In this document: piece by piece, positions 34,404 through 44,635 of the stretch
Position numbering within the stretch: position 1 is the first letter of the stretch
Layout of the letters: every line of letters begins with the position of its first letter
Source of the DNA: a virus
Lineage: Duplodnaviria > Caudoviricetes
Length of the DNA stretch: 55,597 bases
Reading direction: 5' to 3' (one strand)
IMG/VR virus record: IMGVR_UViG_3300014838_000025
Location: 1-55,597 of that record
Translations under genes and position numbers: made by a program
The notes under the pieces: model-generated
What the model was told of the DNA's origin: nothing
What the model saw: only the letters and a program-made list of their open reading frames with translations
The model's database searches: none

Positions 34404-34675
34404 CGGTCCCAATTCCTTTGGTCGTTGTTAGCGACACAATTCGAAACTCCGTATTGCTTCTCTAACTGCCTCATGTGGGCAAGGCTTTTGACTTTGACAG
34501 GAGTTCCGTCCAGATGCGTCGTCGTGAAGTTCCACAAGTCTTTACATGTCTGTGACGTTCCAACGGTTCGGCTGCACGGCTTGCAGTACCACTTGCCATC
34601 AACCAACCTAAACTCGCCGCCGCGATGTTCGGTGTGAAGGGGACAGGTTTCGTTAGCGCAAAACATTTTTTCCAT
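34400..34675 (-). CDS. Hypothetical Cys/His-containing protein
   Basis: CANETCPLH...CKPC. Confidence 0.55.
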   Translation of the reverse strand: MEKMFCANETCPLHTEHRGGEFRLVDGKWYCKPCSRTVGTSQTCKDLWNFTTTHLDGTPVKVKSLAHMRQLEKQYGVSNCVANNDQRNWDR

Positions 34676-34707
34676 AAAGAGATTATCGGCGGATTCAAAA
34701 AGTGCCG

Positions 34708-35349
34708 CTACTGCAATCTTGTTTTGAATCTCTGGAATCGAGAATCTGGAGGTTCAAGCCATCTCTCTTCCGGCCAACCCTTGTTGATTCTCTTTTCTAA
34801 AGTATTTCGACGAATCCCAGATTCCTCTGCCCACGCTGAAAGACATTGAGAACGTCCGTTAATCGTCACTATAACGTTCCATCTTGTATTTCTCTGCTGT
34901 TCTTTTCGAGTGGCCCAGTGGCAATTCCCTGGTTCATAGTTCCCATCGTTATTGATTCTATCGATTGTGTGAAGTGGTGTTGGGCGCGGCCCCATATCCG
35001 ACTCAAAGTTTTTGTATCCATCGTCCCCTATCCATCGATCACAAACCGTAATGCCGCGAGCACCATATCTCTGGTAATGTTCGTTCTCTTGGTTATAGCA
35101 TCTGTGCTTCATTCCCCTCCATATGCTATGTATCGGGTTTTCTTCTACCCAGTCCTTATACATTTCTATTACTTTATCTGGATGAGACTCCCGATACTCT
35201 TTCTGTTTCTTTTGATACCTTTCTCGATTATTATTGATCCATTGGCGATTACTTTCATTCTCCTCAGATTTCCTTGATAAGTATCTTTTTCTTCTACAAA
35301 TTGGACAACTTGTGATTTCATATTGGTGCCCTTTTCTGCAAACTTTCAT
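34708..35349 (-). CDS. HNH homing endonuclease
   Basis: WRGMKHRC...YGARGITVCDRW...TIDRINNDGNYEPGNCHWAT; SD AGGAGG; AT-rich insert. Confidence 0.9.
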   Translation of the reverse strand: MKVCRKGHQYEITSCPICRRKRYLSRKSEENESNRQWINNNRERYQKKQKEYRESHPDKVIEMYKDWVEENPIHSIWRGMKHRCYNQENEHYQRYGARGITVCDRWIGDDGYKNFESDMGPRPTPLHTIDRINNDGNYEPGNCHWATRKEQQRNTRWNVIVTINGRSQCLSAWAEESGIRRNTLEKRINKGWPEERWLEPPDSRFQRFKTRLQ

Positions 35350-35396
35350 GGTTCCTCCTGCTACAAGGATACCACTGGTGTCAAGCCAAAACAAAA

Positions 35397-36380
35397 TCAT
35401 GAATCGTGTGATTGCGACCAATTCGCCCCGCCTACATAATCAGAAGATTCTTCGTAATTCCAAGACACGTCACGCTGATCGAGAGCGTTGTCAGCATTCG
35501 ACATTCCTTCCATGTCTCGATTGAATTGCGCTAATTTCTGTCCAGCTACAGCTAAAGCCGTGGCTGGATCGTAGTAAGTATTCTGTTTCGGCCTGTACAT
35601 CAAGGCTTGAGAAACTGCACCCGTCACGATTACATCAGAGCGAATGAATGCTACCGGAGCATCCGTATCCAACTGCATGTCGGGCGGCTGCGTGTAAGCC
35701 TCAAATGGGAAAACCTGCTGCTGGAAAGGGCTAGGCCAGATTTCAATTTGGTACTGCCCACTCGGAGTAGGAGCGCGAGGAATAAAGTGCGTTGACCATC
35801 CGAGATAAGTACGCCAGGTGTCCTCGACATTCAGCGTCTCGACAGGCTGGCCGATAATCATGCTCCATCCCATCATTTGATTCACGGCCCAAAGGATGTA
35901 TTTGATGTTCCCATCCATAGCAAAGTAGGCCGAAAGGATCATGTACCCAGCCGTCTGTGTGTTTCCGGCAAAGGGAAAGTCGATCACCATCGTCTGTGCT
36001 GACACGTTAACGGAAATGATTGTGGCGTAGGGATACGTGAAATTGATTCTGAACTGCTGTCCGACCAAACTAGGCGTCCACGAAGTTCCGATGCCGACAA
36101 CTGTGTTGCTTCCACGCGTTACCGTGCAGGTTCCCGTCGAATAGGGAGCCGGGACCGCGATCTGTCCTCTCACCTTCAACCCGTACCACATCCTCGAATC
36201 CACGATGGAACGGTACACATTGTTTAACATCCTCAAGGCGGTCTGCGGGTCGAGTGAAGGATTCCAGCCACACACTTCCCGAATCATCTGACCAGCGTTT
36301 AACTGCGTGACATAAGCCTGATTGAACGGGGAGCTACCCTGCTGGTTGGGGAATTGCGGATTGGAATATACGACTGGCAT
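35397..36380 (-). CDS. Putative head-tail adaptor / neck protein (327 aa)
   Basis: Follows capsid genes; YSTGTCTVTRGSNTVVGIGTSWT insert and IEIWPSP motif. Confidence 0.55.
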   Translation of the reverse strand: MPVVYSNPQFPNQQGSSPFNQAYVTQLNAGQMIREVCGWNPSLDPQTALRMLNNVYRSIVDSRMWYGLKVRGQIAVPAPYSTGTCTVTRGSNTVVGIGTSWTPSLVGQQFRINFTYPYATIISVNVSAQTMVIDFPFAGNTQTAGYMILSAYFAMDGNIKYILWAVNQMMGWSMIIGQPVETLNVEDTWRTYLGWSTHFIPRAPTPSGQYQIEIWPSPFQQQVFPFEAYTQPPDMQLDTDAPVAFIRSDVIVTGAVSQALMYRPKQNTYYDPATALAVAGQKLAQFNRDMEGMSNADNALDQRDVSWNYEESSDYVGGANWSQSHDS

Positions 36381-36547
36381 TAGTTCCTCCCGCGAGACCG
36401 CTTCGCCTTGCGCTTCCTGCCGCCTACAGCACGCGCTTTGGCAAGGTCGGCAGGGTTATCCTTCACCCGGCCCTTAGATGCCTCTCTGACGGCCTTCCGG
36501 TCCTTCGACTTCTCCGCTGGTGTCACACGGCGCATATCGTCATCCAT
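36380..36547 (-). CDS. Small basic protein (55 aa)
   Basis: SD GGGAG; TAATG coupling to the next gene; ends GGRKRKAKRSRGRN. Confidence 0.55.
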   Translation of the reverse strand: MDDDMRRVTPAEKSKDRKAVREASKGRVKDNPADLAKARAVGGRKRKAKRSRGRN

Positions 36548-36548
36548 G

Positions 36549-36884
36549 TCAGTCTCTCCCGCTTGCTTTCATCCTCATCTTCGACTTCCGCATCATCTTC
36601 TCAACCCGCTTGACCTTGCCGCGAGGGATAACACGCTCTCCCTTGTGCAGTCGGGCTAAACCAGTCTTGCGAGTTTTGCCGCCGCGTTTGAAACTGACTG
36701 GCCCGATCCGAGACGATGCCTCTTCCGCAGAACGGTCCATCATCGACTGCCCGCTTGACGACATACTCTTTCCGGCAGCACCTAACGCACTAGCACCCTT
36801 GCTATCCTTCCAGCGGCCTTTGTCCTTTGCCGGAGCATCAGACTTATGGGAATCGGCACTCATTGGATCGTTTGTATCTGGCAT
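36549..36884 (-). CDS. Small basic hypothetical protein
   Basis: SD GGAGG; FKRGGKTRKTGLARLHKGERVIP motif. Confidence 0.6.
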   Translation of the reverse strand: MPDTNDPMSADSHKSDAPAKDKGRWKDSKGASALGAAGKSMSSSGQSMMDRSAEEASSRIGPVSFKRGGKTRKTGLARLHKGERVIPRGKVKRVEKMMRKSKMRMKASGRD

Positions 36885-36952
36885 CACAGCCTCCAAAACA
36901 AGAGGGATGGTCTCAGTGACCACCCCTCCCGGTTAGTCGCCCCGCGAAGAGC

Positions 36953-37294
36953 TTAGTAGCCTACAACCAACAGTTCAAACGTGTACGCTGCAAGGTTCGT
37001 GTTTGCATTTGCTTCCGGGGAAGCACTGTTCGAAGACGAGTCTGCAAAGACCTGCAACTTCGAAGTAGTTGGATTCCAGACCGGAGTCCACCCACCTTGA
37101 CCGCCAACGGGCCAAACAAACAATACCTTCGCAATACCCACGTTCCCTGTGGTTTCAGTCGTGCCAGCGATACCCGTAATGTTGTATCCGCCTGTCGCGT
37201 AGTCGGAGATGGCGGGTTGGAGATTGACTAGCTCCGACCTCCACTTTCCGAGAACATTGTCACCGTCAAGGACTTTCGTTAGCGTGAATGCCAT
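36953..37294 (-). CDS. Putative capsid-associated structural protein
   Basis: SD GGAGG; DYATGG motif; position after the capsid gene. Confidence 0.55.
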   Translation of the reverse strand: MAFTLTKVLDGDNVLGKWRSELVNLQPAISDYATGGYNITGIAGTTETTGNVGIAKVLFVWPVGGQGGWTPVWNPTTSKLQVFADSSSNSASPEANANTNLAAYTFELLVVGY

Positions 37295-37306
37295 TGTCAG
37301 TCCTCC

Positions 37307-38008
37307 TTAGAAGTTGTCGCAGCCAACAAGAACATCGCAGTAGTTTGTGCTAACCAATGCGGTGAGTTGCCGACCGAACGGCTGATACGTTGTGGTCGAA
37401 CCCGCAGCAATCGAGTTCGAGCTAAGGGTGCCCGCAGCCGGAACAATCCACGAACCAATACCGGGATTCGACGTGCCTGAGCAGTACACTCCCTTCAGGT
37501 ATCCAGCCACCTGAATGAGAATGAATGAACCAAGCAGTGCCGCAGCAGTCAAAGCAGTGCCGCCTAGTCCATATCCCGTAGCAGTATTCAATAGCATGTA
37601 GCCTGCCGGGAACGCCAAGCCAAGCGTTGTTCCGCCGATTCCTTCGGTTGTGATTCCGGTTACGGTCGTGAACGTGTTGTCTGTCCAGTACACCGGAGCC
37701 GGACCCGCCGCCGTCGTCAAGTTCGCGGTCGTAATTGCCGATGCTGGCGAATACTGAACCAAAATGTAAATTGCTTGCGAACCCGAAGCATTGGCCGCAG
37801 CATAGCTAGTCGGATAGGTTGCACCGACGAGTGCCGAACCCGGAGTCGTTCCACTCTGAGGGGTCACTCCGATATACCGCTGTCCGAGAATTTGATTTTC
37901 ACCAATCCCCGCATACGGCGCTAGGCCGAGTGTGGGATTGTACAAGTAGGTCGCCACGTTCCCTGTGTCGATCTGGAGAAGTTGGTTGCTTGGATTGAAA
38001 ATCGCCAT
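37307..38008 (-). CDS. Putative capsid decoration/cement protein
   Basis: Immediately after the major capsid gene; G/A/T-rich; ILIQVAG. Confidence 0.55.
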   Translation of the reverse strand: MAIFNPSNQLLQIDTGNVATYLYNPTLGLAPYAGIGENQILGQRYIGVTPQSGTTPGSALVGATYPTSYAAANASGSQAIYILVQYSPASAITTANLTTAAGPAPVYWTDNTFTTVTGITTEGIGGTTLGLAFPAGYMLLNTATGYGLGGTALTAAALLGSFILIQVAGYLKGVYCSGTSNPGIGSWIVPAAGTLSSNSIAAGSTTTYQPFGRQLTALVSTNYCDVLVGCDNF

Positions 38009-38026
38009 TCTATTCTCTCCTTTCGC

Positions 38027-39016
38027 TCACAGAGCCGAGAATACGAGACGGAACATCAGTCTCGGGGCTGACACAACAAGGTTTCCGGCGAAGAAATACT
38101 GACCAGCAACGTCGTCGGAATTCTGCGCTTCCTTCCATCCCGAGAAGCCAAACTGGTACTTCGGAATGTCGGAAACGTAGAGGTAGATGTACGAAGTATT
38201 CAATCCGTAGATCGGATACCCGGTCGTCAGCAAAACGGGCATGTACTGGTCAACCACAACCTGAGCGCCGTTCCAGAAGAAACTACGGAAGCCAATATGC
38301 ACGTCCGAGGTTTCGTCATTGAATCGCTGCTGCGGTTGCAGTTTGCTCCAGAACGCATCCCACACTGGCTGAGTCGTTACCAGCATGTCCGGCTTTTCTT
38401 GGCCGAACCATGCCGATCCGAAAGCCGTCTGCACCGCGCCTAGAGAAAAGGCCGCTGGTGCAGCGTAGTAAGAGTTGATGCCGTTGTTCGCTCCGGTCGC
38501 AATGTCAGCGCGGTTGATGCCGCCGTAGGCTGCGTAGTTCGTTCCATCGTCAATGGCTTCCGTAAAACCGTCAAGGTCGATGGTTGAATTCAGAGACGAA
38601 CCCGCCGATGGCGTGTCGCCACCGTCACCGTAAAGATTCACGCCAAGTAGCTTTGCCATCTTGCCCGAAGCGTTAATCATCTTCGAGGCAACAAAGCTCA
38701 TGGCGGCTGCACTGCCACGGTTGAGAATCTGATCCTGCCCGTAGATCGACACGTTCACGTAGTAGTTCTTGATTTTGAACTGCAACGCTGTGTCGGTTTC
38801 TACTGCGGAAACATCAAATGCTTGCCCGCGCTGGTACGCTCCACCTTTCAGTTCGGCGTACATAATGTTGTGCATGATCGTCCGACCACCCGTGAACTCG
38901 AACTTCCGCTTGGTCTTCAACCGAGTCAGAACAGGGCTGTTCTTGTACACGTTGTCCGTCAGGTACGGAACAATCATGTCGTTCGTTTTTCCCGTGATAT
39001 CGTTCCACGTAAGCAT
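38027..39016 (-). CDS. Major capsid protein (329 aa)
   Basis: Size and position after the scaffold; LYGDG...LDG...YGGINRA, KPDMLVTT, GAQVVVDQY motifs. Confidence 0.85.
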   Translation of the reverse strand: MLTWNDITGKTNDMIVPYLTDNVYKNSPVLTRLKTKRKFEFTGGRTIMHNIMYAELKGGAYQRGQAFDVSAVETDTALQFKIKNYYVNVSIYGQDQILNRGSAAAMSFVASKMINASGKMAKLLGVNLYGDGGDTPSAGSSLNSTIDLDGFTEAIDDGTNYAAYGGINRADIATGANNGINSYYAAPAAFSLGAVQTAFGSAWFGQEKPDMLVTTQPVWDAFWSKLQPQQRFNDETSDVHIGFRSFFWNGAQVVVDQYMPVLLTTGYPIYGLNTSYIYLYVSDIPKYQFGFSGWKEAQNSDDVAGQYFFAGNLVVSAPRLMFRLVFSAL

Positions 39017-39182
39017 AAGTAGTTTCCTTTGTTGAACTTAACTGTCGGCTTTCACCGTTTCCTCAAGCTCAATCGGACTCTGCTCACATGGCTTTCCGAC
39101 TGACTTGTTCCCTGTCAACCTCTAGTGGCTCTGCTCCTCGGCTTCCACTCGGTCTACAGTTGCGGGTGCTTCGGGGTTCCGC

Positions 39183-40106
39183 TTACCCTTTACCTTCGGC
39201 CTGAAGCTGTGCTGCCGCTTCCAGCGCCTTGCCCTTCAACAGAGACTCCAGATCGCCTTCTTTTTCGGCGCTTCTCTCCATCATTTGTCGCAATGCACCC
39301 TTCCGCTGCTCGTCGGGCGGGATGAACTCTTCTCCGCCGCCTCCCGGCATACCTCGCATGGATGCCGCCAATTCCTTTGCCCGCTTCTCAACTCTCTCGT
39401 CCTCTTCCTTCTTTGCCTTGAAGGGGGCCAAAATCTTTTCTTTCATAGCGAACGGATCGAAGTTCTGTTCTCTCGACATCGTTTCGAACAAATCCTTCTG
39501 GCGCTCGGCTGTCCAAGGCTGTCCAGTTTCCTTTTCAAACTGGCTGGCGACTACTGCGGTCGCTGCGGAGAATCCGGCCACGAACGGAATCGTTTTGGTG
39601 TTGAAGTCCGACTCCTTGGTTTTCCACTGTTCGTTGAAGGTTTCTTCGGCCATCGCCTTAGCTTGGCTCTTGACCACGGCTTCAAACTCTGCCTTGCTCA
39701 AACCGCCGTTGGCCTTCACAATTTCGGTTACGCGCCTATCCAGTTCTGCCGGGTCCATGTCGCCTCCTGCTACCGCCGCCTTCTTCGCTTCGTCAAGTTG
39801 CTTCTCAAGTTCCGTTTTCTGCTGAGTCCAGAGTTCTTCGCCTTCATCATTCACAATGCCCTTTTCTACAAGAGCGTTGTAAATGGGAACATTGCGGTCA
39901 GCCCACGCATCCAACTCAACTGCGCGTGCCTTCGCCGTTTCAAACTCCGTTTCCTTAGACTTGAACTCGTTCAACTTGCGGCTGTAGTCATCCTGCCGAA
40001 GCCAACCCTCTTTCAGTTCTGGATGTTTGTTGACTGTGGTTTCAAAGAGCTTTCGTTCATCAGCACTAAGCTGACTCAAGGTTTCTTCAAATGTCTTTAC
40101 GGCCAT
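39183..40106 (-). CDS. Capsid scaffolding protein
   Basis: Charged coiled-coil with LRQDDYSRK motif, between portal and capsid. Confidence 0.75.
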   Translation of the reverse strand: MAVKTFEETLSQLSADERKLFETTVNKHPELKEGWLRQDDYSRKLNEFKSKETEFETAKARAVELDAWADRNVPIYNALVEKGIVNDEGEELWTQQKTELEKQLDEAKKAAVAGGDMDPAELDRRVTEIVKANGGLSKAEFEAVVKSQAKAMAEETFNEQWKTKESDFNTKTIPFVAGFSAATAVVASQFEKETGQPWTAERQKDLFETMSREQNFDPFAMKEKILAPFKAKKEEDERVEKRAKELAASMRGMPGGGGEEFIPPDEQRKGALRQMMERSAEKEGDLESLLKGKALEAAAQLQAEGKG

Positions 40107-40168
40107 ACTCTCGTTGCTCCTTCCGTGTTTCGTCACGGCTCCGGTGCGCTACGATTAGCGGTTAATGT

Positions 40169-40528
40169 TTACCCCGGCATTTGGCCGGGGATCGGTGGTA
40201 ATGGAGGTTGTGGCCCTGCTCCCGGTCCCCCACCCGGCCCTGCTCCCGGTTGCGGAGGCGCGTTCATGCCGGGAGACTGTGGTCCCTTCTGTTGTGCCAT
40301 CGCCAGTCCAACCTTCAACGTAGCAATGGCCTTCATTGCGTAAGGCCGGAACGCCTCGTCCTGTACGCCCATGAGAATCTTTTCAACGGTGCTGGTCGCT
40401 ACTTCAACCGGACTCTTATCGGCCTGCTGCTGCGCTTGCCCAATGCCGGGACCGAATGCTGGACCGCCCGGAGGCCCCATCTGCGCTTGAGCCTGCGGAG
40501 ACATCGGTGGACGTTCCATTGCTGGCAT
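40169..40528 (-). CDS. Pro/Gly/Gln-rich hypothetical protein
   Basis: ORF in the head operon. Confidence 0.6.
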   Translation of the reverse strand: MPAMERPPMSPQAQAQMGPPGGPAFGPGIGQAQQQADKSPVEVATSTVEKILMGVQDEAFRPYAMKAIATLKVGLAMAQQKGPQSPGMNAPPQPGAGPGGGPGAGPQPPLPPIPGQMPG

Positions 40529-40530
40529 TG

Positions 40531-40734
40531 TTAGACCTTCTCGCCCGTCTGCATCGTTCCGGTCTTGACGTTTACGCCAATACCCTTGTGGTTGCTCGTC
40601 GCGTCCGACATCTGATTGATGTACGTTCCAACAGGCTGAAACTCACCCTTTGGAAGTTTTGGATGCTCTGAAGGAATGTGATGACCGCCACACCCAATCA
40701 CTTCGCTCATCGCGCTCTTCTTATCTTTTGCCAT
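40531..40734 (-). CDS. Hypothetical protein
   Basis: SD GAGGA. Confidence 0.55.
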   Translation of the reverse strand: MAKDKKSAMSEVIGCGGHHIPSEHPKLPKGEFQPVGTYINQMSDATSNHKGIGVNVKTGTMQTGEKV

Positions 40735-40811
40735 GTGATCCTCTGTGGTGAAGGGGCAGGTTATTGCGCCTGCCCCGGTTTCCCTACTCAGCCGGGTATC
40801 CCGGCCACGGA

Positions 40812-40868
40812 CTAACGAGCCTTCTTGGAACGGCCAGCCTTGCGGCCCTTGTGCCGACGATCAACCAT
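40812..40868 (-). CDS. 18-aa basic peptide MVDRRHKGRKAGRSKKAR
   Basis: Strong SD AAAGGAG 8 nt upstream. Confidence 0.5.
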   Translation of the reverse strand: MVDRRHKGRKAGRSKKAR

Positions 40869-41111
40869 GATAAAGGCTCCTTTCTGGGTTTCGTCCCGGT
40901 TTTTTAGTCAGCAGCGATGTTCTGCGCCGGGTGGCCTGCACCACCATAACGATCTCCAGATAACCGGAGGTCCAGCAAGAGCAAAGAAATGCCGCTCGGT
41001 TTCCCGAACGGCTGTCAGTTCCATCCCGGTTGCCCGGAGTCCCTGTCCTCTGCCTCACTGTAGATAATCTTTATCCACGGAGAGCAAAGTCCGCAACAAC
41101 AAAATACTTCG

Positions 41112-41285
41112 TTACTTCAATTTCTCTTTCATTTCTCGAAAAATTGAAATCACTCCGCCGTTGTCCGCGAAGTCGATAGTCACACGGCCAGCGGATTTCG
41201 CCATACGTGCCTTCTGTAAGGCCGCAAGAATCTTCGGAAGATCGAGTTCTTCGAACTTGTCGTGCTGCAATTCAGGAGAATTCAT
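41112..41285 (-). CDS. Hypothetical protein (57 aa)
   Basis: Starts directly after the portal stop; GRVTIDFADNGGVISI. Confidence 0.5.
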   Translation of the reverse strand: MNSPELQHDKFEELDLPKILAALQKARMAKSAGRVTIDFADNGGVISIFREMKEKLK

Positions 41286-43142
41286 CTATTTTTTCCCGCC
41301 GTGCCCGCCGGGTTGTATACCCGCTGCCGCCATCGCTTGAGCCTGAGCCTTCATTTCCTCGGACAACTCTGCGTCATTCTCAGCCAAGTTAATATTCCAA
41401 TCCAACTGCTCATACAGTTTCTTCCGAGAGAGGTCTTTGTTCTTGCGGAGTGCAAAGCAGATTTGGGTACGATCTTGGCGCTGGACGTTCAACAAAGTTC
41501 CCTTTGTACATTTCAGAGTGAAGCGACGGACAAAGGATTCTGAATTGATGCCGTCAGGAATCAACGTGCCGGGATTGGCGTCCATATCTTCCTTGGTCAA
41601 CCCCTTTGGCCCAAGCATCTCCATGCGATGCGCGGCATGGTGAAACTGTAGAGACTCGCCAACCCACAAAGTTCCAACGGTATCTACAAAATCCTCCATG
41701 TTGCGGCCCATCAAACGAATCGGCGTGCTCTTGGAGAACGTGATCCTGTCCAACGTGTCGGCACCCGGAACCTGCTTCTTTCCCGAAGCCTGATCCATAG
41801 CCGAACCGCTACTCATTTGTTTCATCGACTTCTCAACTATTCCGTATGCGGTTAGAACATACGTCGGAACATTCGGGGGCTGCTGCCATGATGGAGGCGA
41901 CGGAGCGTTCTGACTGTAAGACACCTTCAGTCCCGGCTTCGAACTGTCAATCGCTCTCAATGCTTCTGGGTGAATGGCACTTTTTGCCGCAAGCAAAGCA
42001 GGATTGACGGCCTTCTTAACGCACTGAAGCAAGCCCGCCATGATCTGATTCAAAATGTCCTGCTGCGACATCCACGGCTTGACAACGCTCATCGCGTACT
42101 TCTGCCACGGAACTGCGTAGAGTCCGAGAACAGCGAACGGGAACTTGCGGTGGTAGTACGGATTCGGTTCGTCGTAGAGCGTGACAGAGTTCGACCGGAC
42201 AATCAACCTGCCGCGAGGGTAAAGAGGCTGTCCCGGCTTCACCCAATAGCCCCAAACCGCCTCCTTTGGCCCCATCCATATCACGTTGGCCGAAGAATTG
42301 ATTGTCGAGTCCTTCATCCAGAACTCGCGTACCTCAGCGGTCGGATAGACACTCTCAATCGAATTCCTTTCGGAAATCCCCATCAACCGTCGCATACCCA
42401 GAGACAGCGTAGGGTAGAACTGAGGCGAGACCGTGACTGGCGATTGTGTATCGACGCTGTACTTGCCTCTCTGTTCCTCCGGCCTTACCAGCGGTCCCAT
42501 CCTCGGGAACGCCCGCTTGATCCACTCCAGCGTTCTAACCTTGCGGTAGATGACGCATTCATCGTCCTGAAGGTTGTCTCCACCTTCCCCAAGCCGTAAG
42601 AACGAAGAGATTGGGCAATACTCGAAGGAGATGTCTCCATCGGAAATATCTCCGCTATAGCCCTTCGCAAACGGGTTCCAGTAAATTTTCGCCGGAGCCG
42701 AAGTCAACATCCCGAACATCGTGCAGAACGCTAGTGACCGTTCGAAGTGGGAGTTCGCTGCCCAGCCTTTCGCAAGACGGTTTTCAATGTCAACAACCTT
42801 GGAGTAGTCCCCAGACCCACCCGCATCCTCGACTTGAAACATCGGCTTCACGTCTGTCAGAAGCCCGATTGTCTCCCAGAACATTGCCATAAATTCGTTT
42901 GACACTGGCTTTGCCCGGTATGCAGGCATGTTCTCTCTCCACTGCATCCCTCCGAGATAGTCGAGAGCAGAGGAAATTTCCTTGATCTCGGGGACTTCCT
43001 GCTGTGCGGCTACGGCTTCCTCGAAGGCGCTGTCCGTCCACGCGCCGAGTCTCGTGTAATATTCGGACAGATTTTTTCGGCTTGAGTCGCCGCTACTGTC
43101 TCGTTCGTTCGGAATAATCTCGGGAAAAGTTACGAGCGCCAT
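41286..43142 (-). CDS. Portal protein (618 aa)
   Basis: Size and position between terminase and scaffold; NPYYHRKFPF...QDILN motifs typical of podovirus-type portals. Confidence 0.85.
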   Translation of the reverse strand: MALVTFPEIIPNERDSSGDSSRKNLSEYYTRLGAWTDSAFEEAVAAQQEVPEIKEISSALDYLGGMQWRENMPAYRAKPVSNEFMAMFWETIGLLTDVKPMFQVEDAGGSGDYSKVVDIENRLAKGWAANSHFERSLAFCTMFGMLTSAPAKIYWNPFAKGYSGDISDGDISFEYCPISSFLRLGEGGDNLQDDECVIYRKVRTLEWIKRAFPRMGPLVRPEEQRGKYSVDTQSPVTVSPQFYPTLSLGMRRLMGISERNSIESVYPTAEVREFWMKDSTINSSANVIWMGPKEAVWGYWVKPGQPLYPRGRLIVRSNSVTLYDEPNPYYHRKFPFAVLGLYAVPWQKYAMSVVKPWMSQQDILNQIMAGLLQCVKKAVNPALLAAKSAIHPEALRAIDSSKPGLKVSYSQNAPSPPSWQQPPNVPTYVLTAYGIVEKSMKQMSSGSAMDQASGKKQVPGADTLDRITFSKSTPIRLMGRNMEDFVDTVGTLWVGESLQFHHAAHRMEMLGPKGLTKEDMDANPGTLIPDGINSESFVRRFTLKCTKGTLLNVQRQDRTQICFALRKNKDLSRKKLYEQLDWNINLAENDAELSEEMKAQAQAMAAAGIQPGGHGGKK

Positions 43143-43158
43143 GAGTTAGAGCCTATCT

Positions 43159-43782
43159 CTAAAACCAAGAATTTTCGAGTCCATTCTTCAAACACCGGGA
43201 CACCCACACGGCTAACGGCATATTCTCCGCACGCGCTCGATCTGAGGCATTGGCAAACTGATCTTCAAGGTTTACTACGACTCTCCCCACACTCATCCCT
43301 TCATATGCCTTCAAATCCTTCACTGCGGCCTCGGACAACTGCTTCGCTTCCTTGATCTCCTCTGTCAACGCATAGACCATGCCGTAGAGATGGCTTCCGT
43401 TCTTCGGACGTTCCTTCAAGATCGTGGCAAGCCGATGAAGGTCTGTCTCCCCTACAACCAGCACTTCTCCCTCAGCCATCATGCTCAGGACTCCGGCCAC
43501 GGTCGCATCGGCCTTATCTCCGAATCGGCTCTGGATGGAGTTCTTGACTCTTACAGGCACGTTAACCGTGATCGGGGTATGGTTCGGCTGATTGACTGAT
43601 TTCTGTTGCTCCATCTTGAACTCGATCTGAGGACGGAGATCGAGAAAATCTTGCATGTCGGCCCACTGGTGTTCTGCAACCTTCGAGCATTTCAGTATCC
43701 GGCCTTCCGCTACAATTTCGTTCGTGTCGCCCGTGGCTCTCTTGCATGACGGACACGAATATCCTGTTCTAAGTGATGGCAT
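43159..43782 (-). CDS. Hypothetical protein (Zn-ribbon N-terminus, possible ribbon-helix-helix segments)
   Basis: CPSC...CSKVAEH; SD AGGAGG. Confidence 0.6.
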   Translation of the reverse strand: MPSLRTGYSCPSCKRATGDTNEIVAEGRILKCSKVAEHQWADMQDFLDLRPQIEFKMEQQKSVNQPNHTPITVNVPVRVKNSIQSRFGDKADATVAGVLSMMAEGEVLVVGETDLHRLATILKERPKNGSHLYGMVYALTEEIKEAKQLSEAAVKDLKAYEGMSVGRVVVNLEDQFANASDRARAENMPLAVWVSRCLKNGLENSWF

Positions 43783-44007
43783 CTAATTTCCTCCTATCGC
43801 TGATCTCAACATCCAGTGCTTGAAAATCTCAACTAAGTACAGACACTCCGCAAGTGTCATCCCGTTGTCCAGAGACCCCGCTATCTCTTTCGATTCGAGT
43901 TCGTAGAGAACCAGAACCTTCCTCATGTCGGGAGCCAGTTTCAATGCTTTTTGAAGGCACTCTTCGGCAGTATCTTCGTCGTTACGCTTTGGCATCACGG
44001 TCAGCAT
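43783..44007 (-). CDS. Hypothetical protein
   Basis: SD AAGGAG. Confidence 0.55.
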   Translation of the reverse strand: MLTVMPKRNDEDTAEECLQKALKLAPDMRKVLVLYELESKEIAGSLDNGMTLAECLYLVEIFKHWMLRSAIGGN

Positions 44008-44182
44008 CTACTATCTCCTTGCACTCAACAATTGGAACCTCAAACCGCTTGCCGTCGTTCTTACAGGGAAACTGGACTGAATTGTAGTGAGTAGAAATCA
44101 GTTCCCCTTTTTTCAAAGCTACGGACAACATCCGTCCACACTCTAAACACATCGAGTTTGGATACACAACAACTTTACTCAC
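43982..44182 (-). CDS. Hypothetical protein
   Basis: SD GGAGG; CLEC. Confidence 0.5.
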   Translation of the reverse strand: MSKVVVYPNSMCLECGRMLSVALKKGELISTHYNSVQFPCKNDGKRFEVPIVECKEIVDADRDAKA

Positions 44183-44192
44183 GTTCCCTCCG

Positions 44193-44209
44193 AGTCCAAA
44201 ATTTGGACT
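44193..44209. repeat. 17-bp palindrome (copy 6)
   Basis: agtccaaaatttggact between a stop codon and the next SD. Confidence 0.85.
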
Positions 44210-44212
44210 GAC

Positions 44213-44584
44213 TCACCACAGCCGAGCCAAAGCCCCGGCCTTTGCCAAACGCATCATTCCCCTCTGAAATTCAGGACCGTGAGATTTCTTTGGAGGAGTA
44301 ACCCAAAGTCCAATTTGTAAGTGAACCATCTCGTGCAGCAACGTCATGTAGGACTGCTCTACATCATCCCAAAGCCGCGTGTTGATTAAGATCAAATGCT
44401 TTCCTTCGCACTTTCCGTAGGACTTCGGAATCTGGCTGCACTTCATCATTCCGTGAACGTGGCAAGCTCCGCTGGCATCGTGATTCAACTCGTAGTGCCA
44501 GTCCACAACCGTATCCTTCGGCAATATCCCGTCAAAATACTTGCGGTTGTACTCGTTGAACTTCCGCTTCATCTGAGCGTTCAT
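44213..44584 (-). CDS. SprT-like zinc metalloprotease
   Basis: FNEYNRKYF...TLLHEMVH...HGPEF. Confidence 0.85.
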   Translation of the reverse strand: MNAQMKRKFNEYNRKYFDGILPKDTVVDWHYELNHDASGACHVHGMMKCSQIPKSYGKCEGKHLILINTRLWDDVEQSYMTLLHEMVHLQIGLWVTPPKKSHGPEFQRGMMRLAKAGALARLW

Positions 44585-44635
44585 GCTTCTTGCCTCGCGT
44601 ACTGTGCAAACAATTCTATCTTCGCTTTCTTTCTT

